A stretch of 64,000 bases of DNA from Callorhinchus milii (GCF_018977255.1 NW_024704742.1:14634001-14698000); one strand, 5' to 3'; counted from the stretch's first letter, positions 49,161 through 63,057 are shown. Numbers and translations are program-made. Notes: generated from the sequence alone by a model not told the origin.

Positions 49161-50413
49161 CCTTTATTTTTTTTCTGATGCTTGATTGGGAAGCCCTCGG
49201 AATCGAGCCAGGCCTCTGTGGCAGCCTCAGTAGTTCGGTTCCTGAGCCAGATAGATCCTCAGTATTACAGGGCACTGCTGATAACAGCTCATCGGCAGGA
49301 TCTGGAAGGGCACACCAGTTACTGGGAGCAGGGAGTCATCCCACTCAGCTCCTGTAAATCAAAGCCCTAATGGGTAGGGTGGTCCTAGCTGGACAAGCAG
49401 CGGAAAACCTTGCCAGAGAGTGATATCAATGGCAAGCAATTCAGTTTTAGCTGGTCAGACTTTGCCAGTACCCCAAACCACACTCTGTGGTCCCAAGCAT
49501 TGGCTCTTGCTAACTTGCACCTAATACTTTCCAGACGTAGATAAGCAGGTTGAGTCCCTCCAGAGATAGAGAGCGCATTCCATTCCAACATCTATCTCTG
49601 GGATTTCCATGTGTAGATGGGATACATGGAATTCTCAGTTTGGTTTCAATACTCTTAAAGACTGTGATGGATTTCCGCATTTGTCAGACACCAGTCTGAC
49701 CAAAAACAAACATTGGGAAGGGAAATTTCATGAACAAAGCAGCGGAAACATGACTTTGGAGGCTGTTGGCTGATTGGGGTCTACACTTTCTCTGACCAGT
49801 CAGGATCTGAGAGGTGCAGTTCTGCAGTTCCTGGCGAATGCTTTTTTGTGAGAGCCTGAAATTCCATCAGCATAAAATAATCCCATTTATTCTCCCTCTG
49901 ATTCACTGTGTGGCAGTTTCCAACCTCAGCCAGTCATCAAGGGGTGGGAACAGTTTGGAGCCAGGCATTTCCTCAGAGGGTAGGGAAGGAAAAACATTCT
50001 CACACAAACTCTTGGTGTCAGTTCAACAGCAGCATTGGCAAAAGACAGAGCACATGCTGCCTGCCCTCATTCATTTTGTATTTTGTATTTGTATTCAAAG
50101 GGCATGGTGTAGAAAAACAATTGAGAAAACATTTTATGAAATAAGTTTTTTTCAAATAAAAATAAAATATCCTTTAAACTCCAGTGAATTATATACTCTG
50201 TCTAATAAGCAATTTTTCCAAAAAAATCCCAACCAGAAATGTATTTAACCAGAAAAGAATACTGGAGGCCAAAATACTTTGGAAAGAGACTCAAAGCAAG
50301 TGAAACTCAAGGTAAATTAATAATCGTGTTTTCTTTCTGCAGTTTATTTGCAAAAATCAAAGACTAACTCAAACGAAGAAGTGAAAACCCACAATATTTT
50401 GTCACAAATTTGT

Positions 50414-50667
50414 GGGGTGAACTTCCACCTTGATCTGGATTGCTAACATTTCAGCATTTCAATGAGTCCAGAATTTGGCAAATTCTGTCTTAACTTTGAA
50501 GCTGGTTTTCTCTAGTTCTTAAAATAACTTTTTGTTGATCTTAAAGGACTTACGTAAAACTGGTTTCAAAATGAAAACTGTACAGCATTTAAGAATTTGC
50601 TCAAATTCTGTATATTGTGAAATGCTACGTTATAAAAATAAATCTGGACCACAGTGGAATTTTACCC
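50414..50667. mobile_element. Palindromic MITE-like element
   Basis: Ends ggggtgaacttccac / gtggaatttacccc; inner inverted pairs agcatttca / tgaaatgct and cagaatttggcaaattct / agaatttgctcaaattctg. Confidence 0.65.
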
Positions 50668-52469
50668 CTTTGAAGTGCTAATTAACACATTGAACCTATT
50701 AAGTAACCTTACAATTTTCAGCCCTCACACTTGCTAGTGGTTGAGAAATTCTACATGAGTCATTCGGAAAACTGACTGTGAATACTGACAGACAAATTTG
50801 GGCCAGCCTAATACCCTGTAATTTGATCCAAACATTACAAATTAAAGGTCCCCGATGTTCTACTTGCAACATCGAGGGCTGTACTCACAATGTACACTCT
50901 CCTTTAGGTTGACTCCTGAATGTTTCTAGTATCAGCCTATTTAACATGAAGGCCTTGAAGCAACAAGATTTGTGCTGTTATCTGACACTGGTAATAACAT
51001 GCTTTGCCTTAACTGAACCATCCTTTACTCTCTTCATATCCAGCAATTGGTAATCATTACCTTAGATTTACTTCTCCAAACCCAGATCAAAACATTTGAT
51101 ATGAAATTATAATTGAAAGCTTCTGTAAACAATTTGCCACAGAGCACGTTTTTGCTGTTGTCATTAATTCCAAAGCTTGTAAAAATACTGTAGATTGCAC
51201 ATTGGTACAAATGTCTCCAGGGAGAAGGGAGGGGAAGTGCAAATGGCAAGAGAAAATATGCAGCCAGGATATTTGACACTGATGCTTGTAATATACAGAA
51301 AGTTGTTTATGTGAAGTGAAAGCAAGGCCATGTCAGCATTTCAGTCTGTCTAATATTCATGTGGTGAATGTCATTAGCAGGTTGAACCCTATAATTCCAC
51401 GGGTTGATTCATGAGCAACACAAATATGAGAGAGGAGCTGTTTACTTTCATAACAGGAGTTTTTTTCACATTCAACTGCGAGGCTAAATAAGCGGTGAAA
51501 CAATATTTACAAAAAAAAGCATGGAAAAGAAATGAAGACCAAACTGTCAATCTATTTAACATAAACCTGGTTCAACACTAATGTGGAAAATCTAGTTATT
51601 TTTCTAGGTGTAATGTAGCTTCATGCGATATTTGCTTTTAATGGAAATGTAAACTTTTACTATGCTCCACTGTTACCAATTTTTCATTCCATTTTGTTGA
51701 ACTGTATATTACAGTCTAGCTCATTGGCAGTACTTGGAGGGGTAGATCAGAGTGGGTCTACTTTGACTGTTTACAGCTAAGGTGGTCCTCGCCAAGTTGT
51801 GAAAAAATGACAGGCAGTGCTTACAATTGCAAGCTATATGATTTCAACCCCAGAAGGACTCCATCACCTGATCTGGGGTCCCCTAGTCTTAAGTTGCAGA
51901 ATTCTACCCACAAAAAAACATGCGGTGACTACACATTATCCTGTGGATTGCTTTGAGACATCCTCTTGATGTGAAAGGCACTGTACCAAATGTAAGGTTT
52001 ATTAAGGATTTTTATTATAATTAGAATGAGGTATCCTTCCATGGAGAGAGTAAGCATTTCATTCCAGACACAGGATTTTCCCATTTGTAGGTGGTATATG
52101 TATGTGAAACAAATTTGTTTCAGATTGCCAGCATCTGCAGTATTTTGCGTTTTATATGTATGTGAAGTCTGGTTTGGATACATGATACATAGGTTACTAC
52201 ATGTATCAGCCACCCGATTGATCAAACAACTAAACATTAATAAAAAACACACATGTACAGAAAAACGTATATGTGCCCTCAATTGTGTAATAAAAAATTA
52301 ACAAAAAGATTATTAATTCACTGATTAATAAACTTTATCATCAGTTGTTAATGACCAATGTAAACCATGTGTAGATGCAATTATGCTACGCACTATGTTC
52401 AGATTATTTGTAGAACATGCAGACAGAAAGAGTTACATCTGTCCTTAATTCCCTCTGTACTTACATATA

Positions 52470-52800
52470 ATAATAATTCTTTCATTTCATATTGATGTTG
52501 AAACATCTTAAACCACTTTACAGAATTTACAGATGATTATGCACAGCAATGGCCAGCAAACAACCAATTTTCTTTTTATCTAGGAGATTACTGTCCAAAA
52601 ATTCAGAGAAACTGTATTTCAAATAGTGTCATGAGATCTTTAACATCAAGCAGCAGACGGGAGCTTGATTTAATGTCTCATCCAAAAGACGGCAATTCTG
52701 GCAATGCAACATTCCACAGAGCTGCATTGGAGAGTCAATCTGAACTATGAGCTCCAAGCCCAAGCACGGGGCTAAAACTCACAGTCTTCTGCTCAGAGGC
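52470..52800 (-). mobile_element. Old SacSINE1/DeuSINE-like element
   Basis: aatagtgtcatgagatctttaacatc and tttaatgtctcatccaaaagacggca. Confidence 0.6.
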
Positions 52801-53287
52801 GTAGTAGACCTCACTGTTTAATATGTTAACAGACAAAAATATCAAAAGCGTTTATTTATTCATATTACACGGTCTTACTGATCTTTGGAACATTTTGGAA
52901 CTACTGTAAATATAGTTCATTTACCTGCTAGATATGTCATAGAACACTTAGTCACACTCACATAACTGAATTATTCTATTGCCAGTNAAAAAAAACTTGA
53001 GAATTTAATTTAAGAAAGTAATTTAATCAGTTCACAATATTGTCTCAAATGTGCCATGTTTCACCCAACTTTCAATTATTCATCTAGTCTCTAGAAATGT
53101 AAATATCTCTTTATGTTAAACAGGATGGGGTGTAGCAAAATTGTCGAAATTCAATTGCAGGAAAACTATCAAAACTCTTGCAGGGAAAATATATTTCCTC
53201 TGCACTTAAAACAAACTCTGAATTGTTAAACATTCCTAACCATTGTTTATGTTTGTTTGATAACTACTAGCCTTAGAAATAGATACA

Positions 53288-53516
53288 AGGCCTAAAATTC
53301 CACCAAGTCATAGCCTTTAAGACTATTTTATCTTATAATGTAAAATCGTGTTGATTTGTGAATAATTCTTTAATTTAGTCTCAATCTGGATGCTGGTTCA
53401 CTTCCCCCCCAAATTAAGAATTTATGAATTGAAGAATTGTCCCCCAATTTCTGCTTAATCTTACATTTCAAGACAAACTAGTCACGAAGGCTAAGACTAA
53501 GGGACTTTTCAGGCCT
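53288..53516. mobile_element. Palindromic MITE-like element
   Basis: Ends aggcctaaaattcc / ggacttttcaggcct; tagccttt / gaaggcta; shares gaattgaagaatt and ttacattt with 55121-55320. Confidence 0.55.
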
Positions 53517-54459
53517 TAGAACTGAAATAAAATAGAAGGGTCTCAAAATCTAACTAACCCGCTTTAAATTAAATTTCTAAAGAAACCTCTACAATCCTGC
53601 GAGCAACAACAAAGGTTTCATTCTTACAGATTATAAATCAAGCGCTACAGTATGAATATGCTCCAATTATGAATATGCTCCATTGTCAAGTTCATTTTGG
53701 GGCTATTGTTTTACGAGATACATCTTAACTGCCTTACTTGGCATCATATTTTTTAGATGACAAAATAATGTTCTTGGTTGTACTGAAATATCTTTTATGA
53801 TTCAATAATTTGAGCCTTGAGTCTTTTGGCCACAGATTATTCCAGTGTGCGCTGGTTTGGCTGAAGGAGCCCATAACAACACAGTTTTACAAAGTTTCAT
53901 CAATTCTCGGTCTAGCTATCAGCTTCACTTTGTACACAGTCTACGTAAAAACTGATAAGGATAGGAACAGATTGAGATGAACAAATATTCCTTGCAACAC
54001 AATAGTTTCTCTGTTTGTTTGTATGTATAGGTGGGGGTGGGGGGTTTGGAGGGGAAATTATTGTCTGTAAAGGGAAGCAGGCCAGGGTTAAACAGTAGAA
54101 ATGCAGTGAAGGAGGCATATTCTGGATAATTTCCTTTTTTGAACCGAGAATATTCATGCAGCACGTGTTTCCACTTCACGCAGCAAGTGGATACTATGGA
54201 GTCCATAATAGAGTATACTTTTCATCTTCTGTGGACAGAATGACCTCTTTCCTTTCCATGCTTTCATTATTAAGATGGGGATGAAAGGATTATTTGGGCA
54301 CATTGATGTGGATATGCTCACAAGTGGATATTCAACAGTTTATAATTATTTTTTGCAAACGCAAGATGCAGAGACTTGCATCACAATACAGTACTGTATG
54401 GTTCTCAAATGCACAATTTAGAACAGGATTCCTTAATTCTAATACAAATTTCTTCTTAT

Positions 54460-54752
54460 AATAATCATCCTTGCATTTGATATAAAGCCTTATCATGTCT
54501 CAAAACTCTTCACAGGACTGCAAACAGGTGTAATGTGTGTGTTTTTGTGGGTGAACACAGCAGCCAATTTGCACCAAGCAATGTCCTATAAACAGCCATT
54601 AAACTGATGACCAGTTCCATTTGGGGGATGCGTTGGCCAGGACACCTGGAGAAATTTCCTTCTCTTTTTCAATAGCACCATTGGATCTTCAACGTCCATC
54701 TAAACCAGCAGACAAAGCCTCATTTTAACACCTCATCCAAAGGATGGACAAT
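54460..54752 (-). mobile_element. Old DeuSINE-like element
   Basis: ccttgcatttgatata tail, cagccaatttgcac, ggccaggacacc and ggatcttcaacgtcca. Confidence 0.65.
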
Positions 54753-55485
54753 TCGTTATTTAAGGAATCTGGGCAGGGACTCTTTCTCTTAACTGGTAAA
54801 ACATAAATGCTGACTGAGACGTGCACAAACAGCCTAAAGTTGTTCTTCCTCCAATTTTCTCTCCTTCTCCCTTTGGATGAACTTCTTGATTCTGCTCAAC
54901 TTGATGCTGTGCCAAAACACGTAGCTGTTATTGTCTGTCATACATTCCAGGACTGAACACTGAGATTCTAACTCCCAAGTATGTTACAAACAAATGATTG
55001 GCTAAAAAAGGTTTTCTTTTGTTCATATACTTGATTTTCTTCCACATTTTCTCCGCCCCATGTAGATTCTCTAGATTTTCTTGTGGGATTGACTAGCCAG
55101 GGAGGTGATGGAGGAAATTAAGACCTGAAATACCACCTCTAAGACCATTTTGTCATAAAACGACGATGGCGCATTCTTCAGTTAAATCTTAATTTGGGAG
55201 TTGTTTCTTTTTAAGAACTGCAGAAAATCAGATTTCAAATCCGAATTGAAGAATTTGCCACAATTTTGAGGCATTTTACATTTTCAGACAGAATGTTTTT
55301 ATCTGGGAGGAATTTGGATGAAATTAGAATTTTGTGCCTGTAATGTTAGAAACTTTAAGAGGGAATTAGATAATAGCTATTTGACGAAGATATCGATTGA
55401 AGATATAAAATGATATAAAATTCCAAAGGACAGGAGCAAGATGGCTGACAGTTCAGCCTATGAAGGTGAAGCAGAAGGACCAGAG

Positions 55486-55699
55486 CAGTGGTGGTCAACC
55501 CATGGCCCACGGGCTGGAAGTAGCCTGTGGGGCGATCAAAAAGCAGCCGCCCGAATATTTGCACTGTCTAAGTAAGTCCGTATTTAATCGGTAGTGTGTT
55601 TCCAGGTTTTTCTTGATCAAATATTTTTTGATGTATGGCATAAATATTCAATCAAGAAAACGTATTTTGTTGGCAGATCAAAAAGGTTGGCCACCACTG
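55486..55699. mobile_element. Non-autonomous hAT (Charlie-like) MITE, 214 bp
   Basis: TIRs CAGTGGTGGTCAACC / GGTTGGCCACCACTG (14 of 15 complementary); 8-bp flanks GACCAGAG / GACTAAAG (6 of 8 identical). Confidence 0.85.
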
Positions 55700-55735
55700 G
55701 ACTAAAGCATGAACAATGACCCTTTGCCAGACGAA

Positions 55736-56033
55736 GGCCTGTAGCTCAGTGGTTAGAGCACTCGCCTCACAAGTGAGAAACCTGGGTTCGATTCCCGGCA
55801 GGGTGAAACCTTGGACAAGTTTCCTTACTCCACACGCCTGATAATAATCCATCAAGAAAAAAATAATAAATTGGTCGCTTCAATCCATGACCGTTTGTGG
55901 GACACTGCTGTGTACAATTGGCTGCTGCGTTTCGCCCACAAATGTACAGTCAATTCACTTTACAGTATATTCTGTGAAGCACTTTGAGACGTCTAGAAGC
56001 TATATCAAATGCACGGATTATTATTATTTATTA
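55736..56033 (+). mobile_element. Short-subfamily SINE
   Basis: Head with perfect B box GGTTCGATTCCC, Deu core, partly deleted tail. Confidence 0.9.
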
Positions 56034-57944
56034 TAAGAATGGGGAGTGTGGCAACATAGGATTGGAGTAGTCTAGACAGATGCCGTAGAGCTAAGCACAC
56101 TACATACAAGGTCAATTTGTTTTTGACAATTTCACATACAAGAATTTAGTTGAGTTGCAAGTGACATTCCAGTCAATTCAGATCAGTCATGTGTTGCTTT
56201 AAACAGAAAGCCATAATTTGAGATCACAGTCACAGTGTCGGTCTTTATTCTACCCAACTTCTCTTTTCGCCGCCACTTCAAATCATTGTAGTATGTCCTG
56301 AACTGTCTACTTTCAGTCTTGATTTCATATAGTGATAATGCCAGATATTGGAGAACATTATGATTTCAAATTGGATTCCTTGATAAGCAATACGAATGGG
56401 AGCCCTTGTGGGGATTCTCCTTTCAAGGTAGATAATAATACAGTGAAACTTTGATAACTCGTCACCCAAAGTAAACTAGGTCAAATAACTACTTATCAGA
56501 GTTGATGAGTTATCCACAGTATCTTTGCTATTAGCCATACTCTATATGGGACACTTTGTAGCTTTGCTTTATTTAATAATTAACATGCCCACTGACACAT
56601 GAACATTTTACACTTTAAACATTTTTAAACTATATTAGACAGTGAAGACACTGATTTGAATACCCAATTCAACAGCATAAGATATTTAACTGAATATCAA
56701 ATTAGATATCATTATCAACCAACCCATTGCATGTTTAGGAAAGAAGTTTCTAATTTCATTTTTGATAAACATGAGTTACAGCGCAATAAGGAGATGTTTA
56801 AGTGATCCTTACATAATTGCTGCGATTAGACAGGAGTCAGGTAAACATTTATATAGCAGCCCTCGTGCAGGGTAGCATCCCAGAGCATTTGATGAATGAT
56901 GGGAAGCCTGCTTAGTACCTGATCAGAAGTTCAAAACTCAAGCATAACTCAAACAAGGTCACAGAAAAGGGAAGAATTTACCTGCATGCCACACCATATG
57001 GTTGGATGAAGTTAGCGTAAAGAAGACAGGGAACTACAGTACCCAACGTGTCTAAGACACACAACATTTTCACACTTTTTAAAAATTCCTGAATTCCTAA
57101 TGTCATATTCGCCTACAAAATACAGTGATTACACTCTACCGTACTCCTGTGAAGAACTTTGAAATATCCTCTCGACCTGAAGTGCGCTATGTCAGATGTA
57201 AGTATTATTACATCTCTAGATGTGAAGACCCACTAAAATAATAAGATATCAGAGATATTTTGTAAGAAAACACAGTCTTAAAAGTACCTAATGAATTACA
57301 AAATATCCAGAGGATCATAATTAACATTTCTTATTGGAAATAGCCGGGATATTGAGTGAGTGACGAGTTACATGGAGCTGACAACTTATCCTAGGACCAA
57401 GTTATCAGAGGTTTTTTCAAAGTAGTTCACAGAAATATAGTAGAGTTTAATCACTGTGTATTTTGTAGTCCAATGTGACATTAGATTATACCTGGGTAGG
57501 CAACCGCAAGGAATTGGATAAGAAATCATCACACATTTGTTTCCACAAGCTAATATGTATGTGTGTATCCAGAGGACATAGAATATGACAGTAAATTTGC
57601 AGTAAATTTACAGCTGTTTACAAGAAGTTAGCAGCTCCAGCAATAATAAATCCATAAGTGGGAGGGAATCTCACTTCAGTTATCAGCACTCGGAGTTTCT
57701 TGCAACAAGTCACGAAAAACAAACACTTGAAAAGTTATTCAGGACAAGCACAAAGCAGCCAAAACAAACAGTGAGTTCTCAAAAATTAGCTTGTTGACTG
57801 CTTGACAAACTTCAATGACCTGAAGTAGAGGCGAAAAGAGAAGTTGGCTAAAATAAAATAGACAGACACTGTGGTCTAAAATCACATTAGTTCAAGTGGA
57901 TTTTCTTAATAATAATATTCTCGAAATGTTTTGAAGTAACTCTC

Positions 57945-58392
57945 TCGCTCCCACCTTTGCCCAACTCCACTGGGTCCCCATTCCACCAGAGGATAGAGTT
58001 AGAAATCCTCGTCCTCGCCTTCAAGGCCCTCCACGGCCTTACTTCTTCCGACCTCTCTGATCTGCTAACCCCATATCAATCTGACTTGCTCCCCTGCCTG
58101 GCCCCGCTCCACCATTGTTGGTCCGATCTTCAGCTTCTCTGCCCCCACTCTTTGGAACTCCATTCCACAGTCCCTTCGTCTTGGTCCCTCTGTTGCCTCA
58201 TTCAAAGCACATCTCAAGACACTCCTCTTCAACCATACATTCAGCCACTCTCCTACCCCAACTCTCCCTGCCCTCAAACCCTCCTGATCCCAACATCCCG
58301 CTTGGGTCCAAATCCCTGACTGTCCTGCACCTTGGGATATCCTCCTGATGTGAAAGGCGCTTTAAAAATGTAATTTGCTGTTGTTGTTGTTT
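57945..58392 (+). mobile_element. L2 3' fragment
   Basis: QRIELEILVLAFKALHGL; tail gggatatcctcctgatgtgaaaggcgct...(ttg)n. Confidence 0.82.
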
Positions 58393-59084
58393 ATTTCCAA
58401 ATAAAATGGCTTACCTTAAGTCTAATATAAAAATGATCAGTTACATCTGAATTTGAAATAGCTTTATCATTGAAATATCAGTGCCTGCTTTAGGATCATA
58501 ATACACAGGTTGTAAAGGTACAAAGCTAGAATTAGTGGATAGTCCTCTTGACATTTTAAGGGTTAACTTGCAGATCATACAGCATTTTTATATTAAATCT
58601 CAATCTCTGAAAAGCAGTGGGCGTAAGGCACGACCATGAAAGTAATATGATGTCTGTAAATCCTGAGATTATGATGCACCAACGGCTGACAATCATTTTG
58701 AAATCTGCAGTGATTTTATACTCTTCACCAAATGTGAACTTGCCCCAGGATAAAATGCAAAATCTGTCTATGTTCAAAAATATATAGAAATTGACACACA
58801 TTGCAAATATTATAATGATGATCAAACAACAATTGGAGGTAGTGATTTCATATTTCAATTGGACAGGGACAACAATATTAAACCTAAGTCTTTGCAATAG
58901 CTTTATTTAAAACAAATATAATCCTATTGGTGAGAACATCCTTTTGATGAGTAAAAAGCAGAAAGCTGACATGTTCATTTATCATTCAACAACAGTCAAA
59001 GAGGTAGGTTATTAGACTGGTTTTGGAAAGCAGAGAGGGAGCAATTGAAGTTGAAGAATTTAGAGGGATTTTATAATATATAAT

Positions 59085-59250
59085 GATAATAATCGTTGCA
59101 GTTGACATAGCACCTTGTCACATCTTTAAGGCATCTCAAAACTCTTCACAGAATATACTGTAAAGTTTATTGGCTGTATATTTTGTGGGCGAATATGGCA
59201 GCCAATTGGGTACAGCAGTATGCCACAAACAGTCGTGGATTGAATGCCAA
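59085..59250 (-). mobile_element. SINE 3' half
   Basis: Antisense tail and Deu core ggcagccaattgg...ccacaaacagtcgtggattga. Confidence 0.75.
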
Positions 59251-59299
59251 ATTTTTTTTGGAGGTGGAGTCTTTAAATCAATCCATTGAATAATTGGGA

Positions 59300-59500
59300 G
59301 TCAGTGGAGCCTGGCAAGGACTGGTGTGATGGGGATATGGAGTTTTGTGTGGGTGAGAATCCGGGACGGCAGAGTTCTGAATGTGTATGGTGGAGCTGGG
59401 GAGACCAGCGAGGAGGGCATTGGAATAATCCAGCCGGGAAGTGGCAAAGGTGTGGATGAGGGTTTCAGCTGCTTTTGTTGTGAGCTAAGGACGGAGGTGG
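59300..59500 (-). mobile_element. L2 internal fragment
   Basis: Minus-strand RILTHTKLHIPITPVLARLH. Confidence 0.7.
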
Positions 59501-60274
59501 GTAGATCAAAGCCTGTCTGATTTGTAGCTCTGGTAAATTCTCTGAAAACAATTTCTGTACAGTGGATCAAATTTTTACAATAATATTTTTGAATTTGGGT
59601 GATGTGAACTGATCACTTGTATAATCCAGGTGAAGGAGAATATCAGACATCATGAGGTTATTCTCTCATTGATGTAGTATGGAGCAAATAATAACCTTTG
59701 AGATGTATGTATGTACATCCTGGGGTCAACAAAATGACATGCTGAATAATCTAGCAGGGGTGGAAATCAATATGAGGCAAGGATGTTAATCCTTGTGTTA
59801 GTTTAATCCATTTAATCTCCTGAGGAAAACTGTGCACTATTTCTCCCCACCCCAAACATCACTGAAACAAGGCTATAGAACATTACCCAGGTTTACATGC
59901 AACATTTATACATTTGACCACTTGACTTCTCTGATATGACCTTTCTATGCTCCCAACAGTTCCTGACCTATTGTGTTCTTCTCAGCATTTGATCATCTCT
60001 ATCTACTTATCTTAATAACCCTTAAATCCTGTCCCTAACCAGATAGTCATCAAGCTATTTTCTAAAGATATTAAACAACACAGCATTAACTGGTTTAGCT
60101 TGAAGCCTATTCCACATATCGGTGATTCCAGGGGCAAAGAAGGACTTAGTTCATCATAATCTTAAATCGTTCTTGTGAATTGTAGTGCCTGTGTATTCAT
60201 AGATGAACAAGCTGCTCATTCCAAATGCTTAATTTCAAAGTTGTTCATTCAAAAACTGAATCCCAGTCTTGGTA

Positions 60275-60485
60275 ATGGCTCAGTTGGTTTCATTCTTGCC
60301 TCTGAGTCAAAAGGTTGTGGGTTCATAACTTTGAGCTTACATTCTAAATTGATACTCCAAAGTAATACTGGGGAGCGCTGCATTGTCAGACAGTGCTGAC
60401 ATTCAGATGACATGTTAATCTGAGGTCCCATTTGTCTGTTCAGGTGGATGTTAAAGAGTCCATGGCAATATTTAAAAAGAGAAAG
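60275..60485 (+). mobile_element. Old SacSINE1/DeuSINE-like element (5' part)
   Basis: tggctcagttgg...tcttgcctctgagtcaaaaggttgtgggttca...caggtggatgttaaaga. Confidence 0.72.
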
Positions 60486-61269
60486 GAATTTCTACTTTAT
60501 TAAGTCTGAATCTGAATTACAAAAAAAATTCTATTTTTTAGTCACATACGTAAAACAAAAATTGTCAGAAAATACAAAATGATTTGATTAAAAAAAGCAA
60601 ATATTCAATAACATGAATGCTTGTTATAGCCTATACAACTTTTCTGCCTTCAGAAATAATCAAATGAATCCAATTCTGGATTCAAATGACATATTGATCA
60701 TACAGACAACAAATTAGTGAAAGGCTATCTCCATTCTGAAACTGACGGCACATTCAGCTGTACTGATCTGGGTGGGAATGTGACAAACAGTTGACAAGAA
60801 CAATGAATTGCTCTCCCTGAATTAGCAACTGACACACAACGAGGGAAGGATTTGAAATACCAAGGGAAAATTACACCTTATGGTGACAGTCCGATTTTTT
60901 GATGAACAATAATTTAATACCTTCAATCTTAACTTTAGTTGATTAAACAAGGAAACAGATAATTTTAATAAATACATTTTGATGAAAATAATCTATATTG
61001 TAGAAATAGAATCATCAAGTATCTAGGGACTTCTTTTATTAGGGATTACAACATCTGAGGTAGCTCAGTCAGCTGAGCACCATATGTTGAAACAGAAGAT
61101 CTGTCTGGGTCACAGCTGTTATGGATCTACTCAGCTTTTCACCCTTTTATAGTTAATAAAATGAGTACTCTATCTAAAAAATATTGTTGGTAGACAAGGA
61201 AGTGGGTTCTCCCTTGAGTTCAACTGGCTCTGAGAATATATAACTGGCGTAGTCAGGCAGGGTATAACT

Positions 61270-61712
61270 TGTCTTAATTGATAGCACACTTGTCTCTGAG
61301 TCAGAAGGCTGTGGGTTCAAGCCCCCCCCTCCCGCCCCTCCCAGTTGGGACTCTGAACTCATAGTCCAGGGCTGACACTCCAGTGCAGTGCTGGGCATGT
61401 GCTGCCATTGTTGGAAAGCCATCCTTCAGATGAGTCTTTAAACTAAGGTCCCTTCTGCCTGATCAGGTGGTGTTTCAAGATCAAAAAGAAAAGGGAGAGT
61501 TTCTCCCAGTTTCCAGGTTAACAAACCCATAAATAAAATCGGTCATTCACTTCATAGCTAATTGTAGGATATTGTTGTTGTATGTTGGCTGCTGTATTTG
61601 TCTACAAAATACAAAATACAAAATACTCACTTTACCATACATTTAGTTGACCGCTTTGAGATGTCCTCCTCTTGTGAAAGGTGTTTTATCAAATGTAAGG
61701 ATTATTATTATT
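61270..61712 (+). mobile_element. Old SacSINE1/DeuSINE-like element, near full length
   Basis: tctgagtcagaaggctgtgggttcaagccc...ggctgacactccagtgcagtgctg...tail. Confidence 0.75.
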
Positions 61713-61731
61713 TTATTATATCCCTTGTAAT

Positions 61732-61968
61732 CCAAGTTTCCTTGCTCCACACACCTAATAATAATCCCTCCAAAAAAACAAAACAATAATAAATTGGTCA
61801 TTTTCAATCCACAACTGTTTGTGGGACACTGCTGTGCGCAATTGGCTGCCGTGTTTCACCCACAAATATACTTTCAATACACTTTACAGTATATTCTTGA
61901 AGCGCTTTGAGATGTCTAGAAGACGTGAAAAGCGCTATATCAAATGTAAGGATTATTATTATTATTAT
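61732..61968 (+). mobile_element. 5'-truncated short-subfamily SINE
   Basis: Begins at caagtttccttgctccacac; Deu core and tail intact. Confidence 0.88.
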
Positions 61969-62394
61969 GAGAGTGTTGAATCTGCATAGGTTATTCACCA
62001 TGTGTCATCAGGTACTCACAGAGGCCTGGGTCCTTGACACTGGGAACTTGGAAGGATGGCTTAGCATAGGGTGGACTCTGACTTGCCTTGTCTCATCCCT
62101 GCAAGCCAAAGCCTTAATGGATAGGTTGGTACTAGGCAGGTAGTGGGAAGCTTGCCAGGCAGTGTTTCTAAAGGCAAACTATGCAGTTAAAGCTGGTTAC
62201 ACTTCAACAGATGCAATGCATACTCTGGGGCTTCCATTCTGCAATGCTCTGAAATTAGGTAAGTAGGATGCATTGTCTTGATAGCAAGAAATCTAAATAA
62301 GAACTCACTTTTTTAAAAGTCTTTACTTATAAAGTCATAGAAGTTATGTAATTTGTTTTCCAGATTACATTTATATAATTGAATATATTGCTAA

Positions 62395-62930
62395 GCAACT
62401 TGCCTTTATATAGTACCTTTTGGAGAGGTGGAGTAGGGGTCTCGATAGGTTGCAAGGTGGGCTTAGGAAAGAGTTGACTATCAACAGGGAAACTTTTTAG
62501 AATGGTTTGAAAACAAAGAGGGAGAGTGTGAGGCAGAGTTCCAGACAGTATGAACAAAATTACGAAAATCTCACCCACTGAAGATGGGGAGGAGGGGGCG
62601 GGGGGGGGGGGGGGGGGGTGCATGAAGCAGGCAGCTGGAAGAGTCAGAAGTGGGTGTGGAGTAAGATCCCAGGAGATCCCAGATGTAGAGTTGAGGCAAG
62701 GCCATGGAGGAATTTGGAGAGAAGAATGAGGAACTTAAAGTTGAATAGGGATCCAATGGAGTCTGACAAGATTGATGGTGATGGGCTTGCAGATGGTTTT
62801 GAAAGCAAACGGGAAAGGTTTTAGGGAAAACATGGGCAGACAAAGAGGCTGAAAATTCACCGAATGATGGTCAGAAATGGGACAGTGTAGGGTTGTAGAG
62901 CAGGCCTGAGTTAGAATCCTGCTTCAGTTT
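62395..62930 (-). mobile_element. Degenerate L2 3' fragment containing a poly-G run (~62587-62620)
   Basis: caacttgcctttatatag tail; gcaaggccatggaggaatttggagagaagaatgagg. Confidence 0.55.
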
Positions 62931-63057
62931 CTTGATATCCATTTCAATCATAAGGTTTGTTTACATCAGAAGCTTCCTGTCCACAAAACATTTAGGTTAA
63001 CTTGTAAGCAAATGTAAATTGTAATTAGGCTAGAGATAACAATTTAAAACATTAAAT

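Noticed and set aside
52987..52987. Single N base
   Set aside because: Assembly ambiguity or contig join, not biology; local continuity is uncertain
53651..53682. Short tandem duplication tatgaatatgctcca, and similar ones at ~22835 and ~29460
   Set aside because: Ordinary slippage duplications with no spacer structure; nothing CRISPR-like in the window
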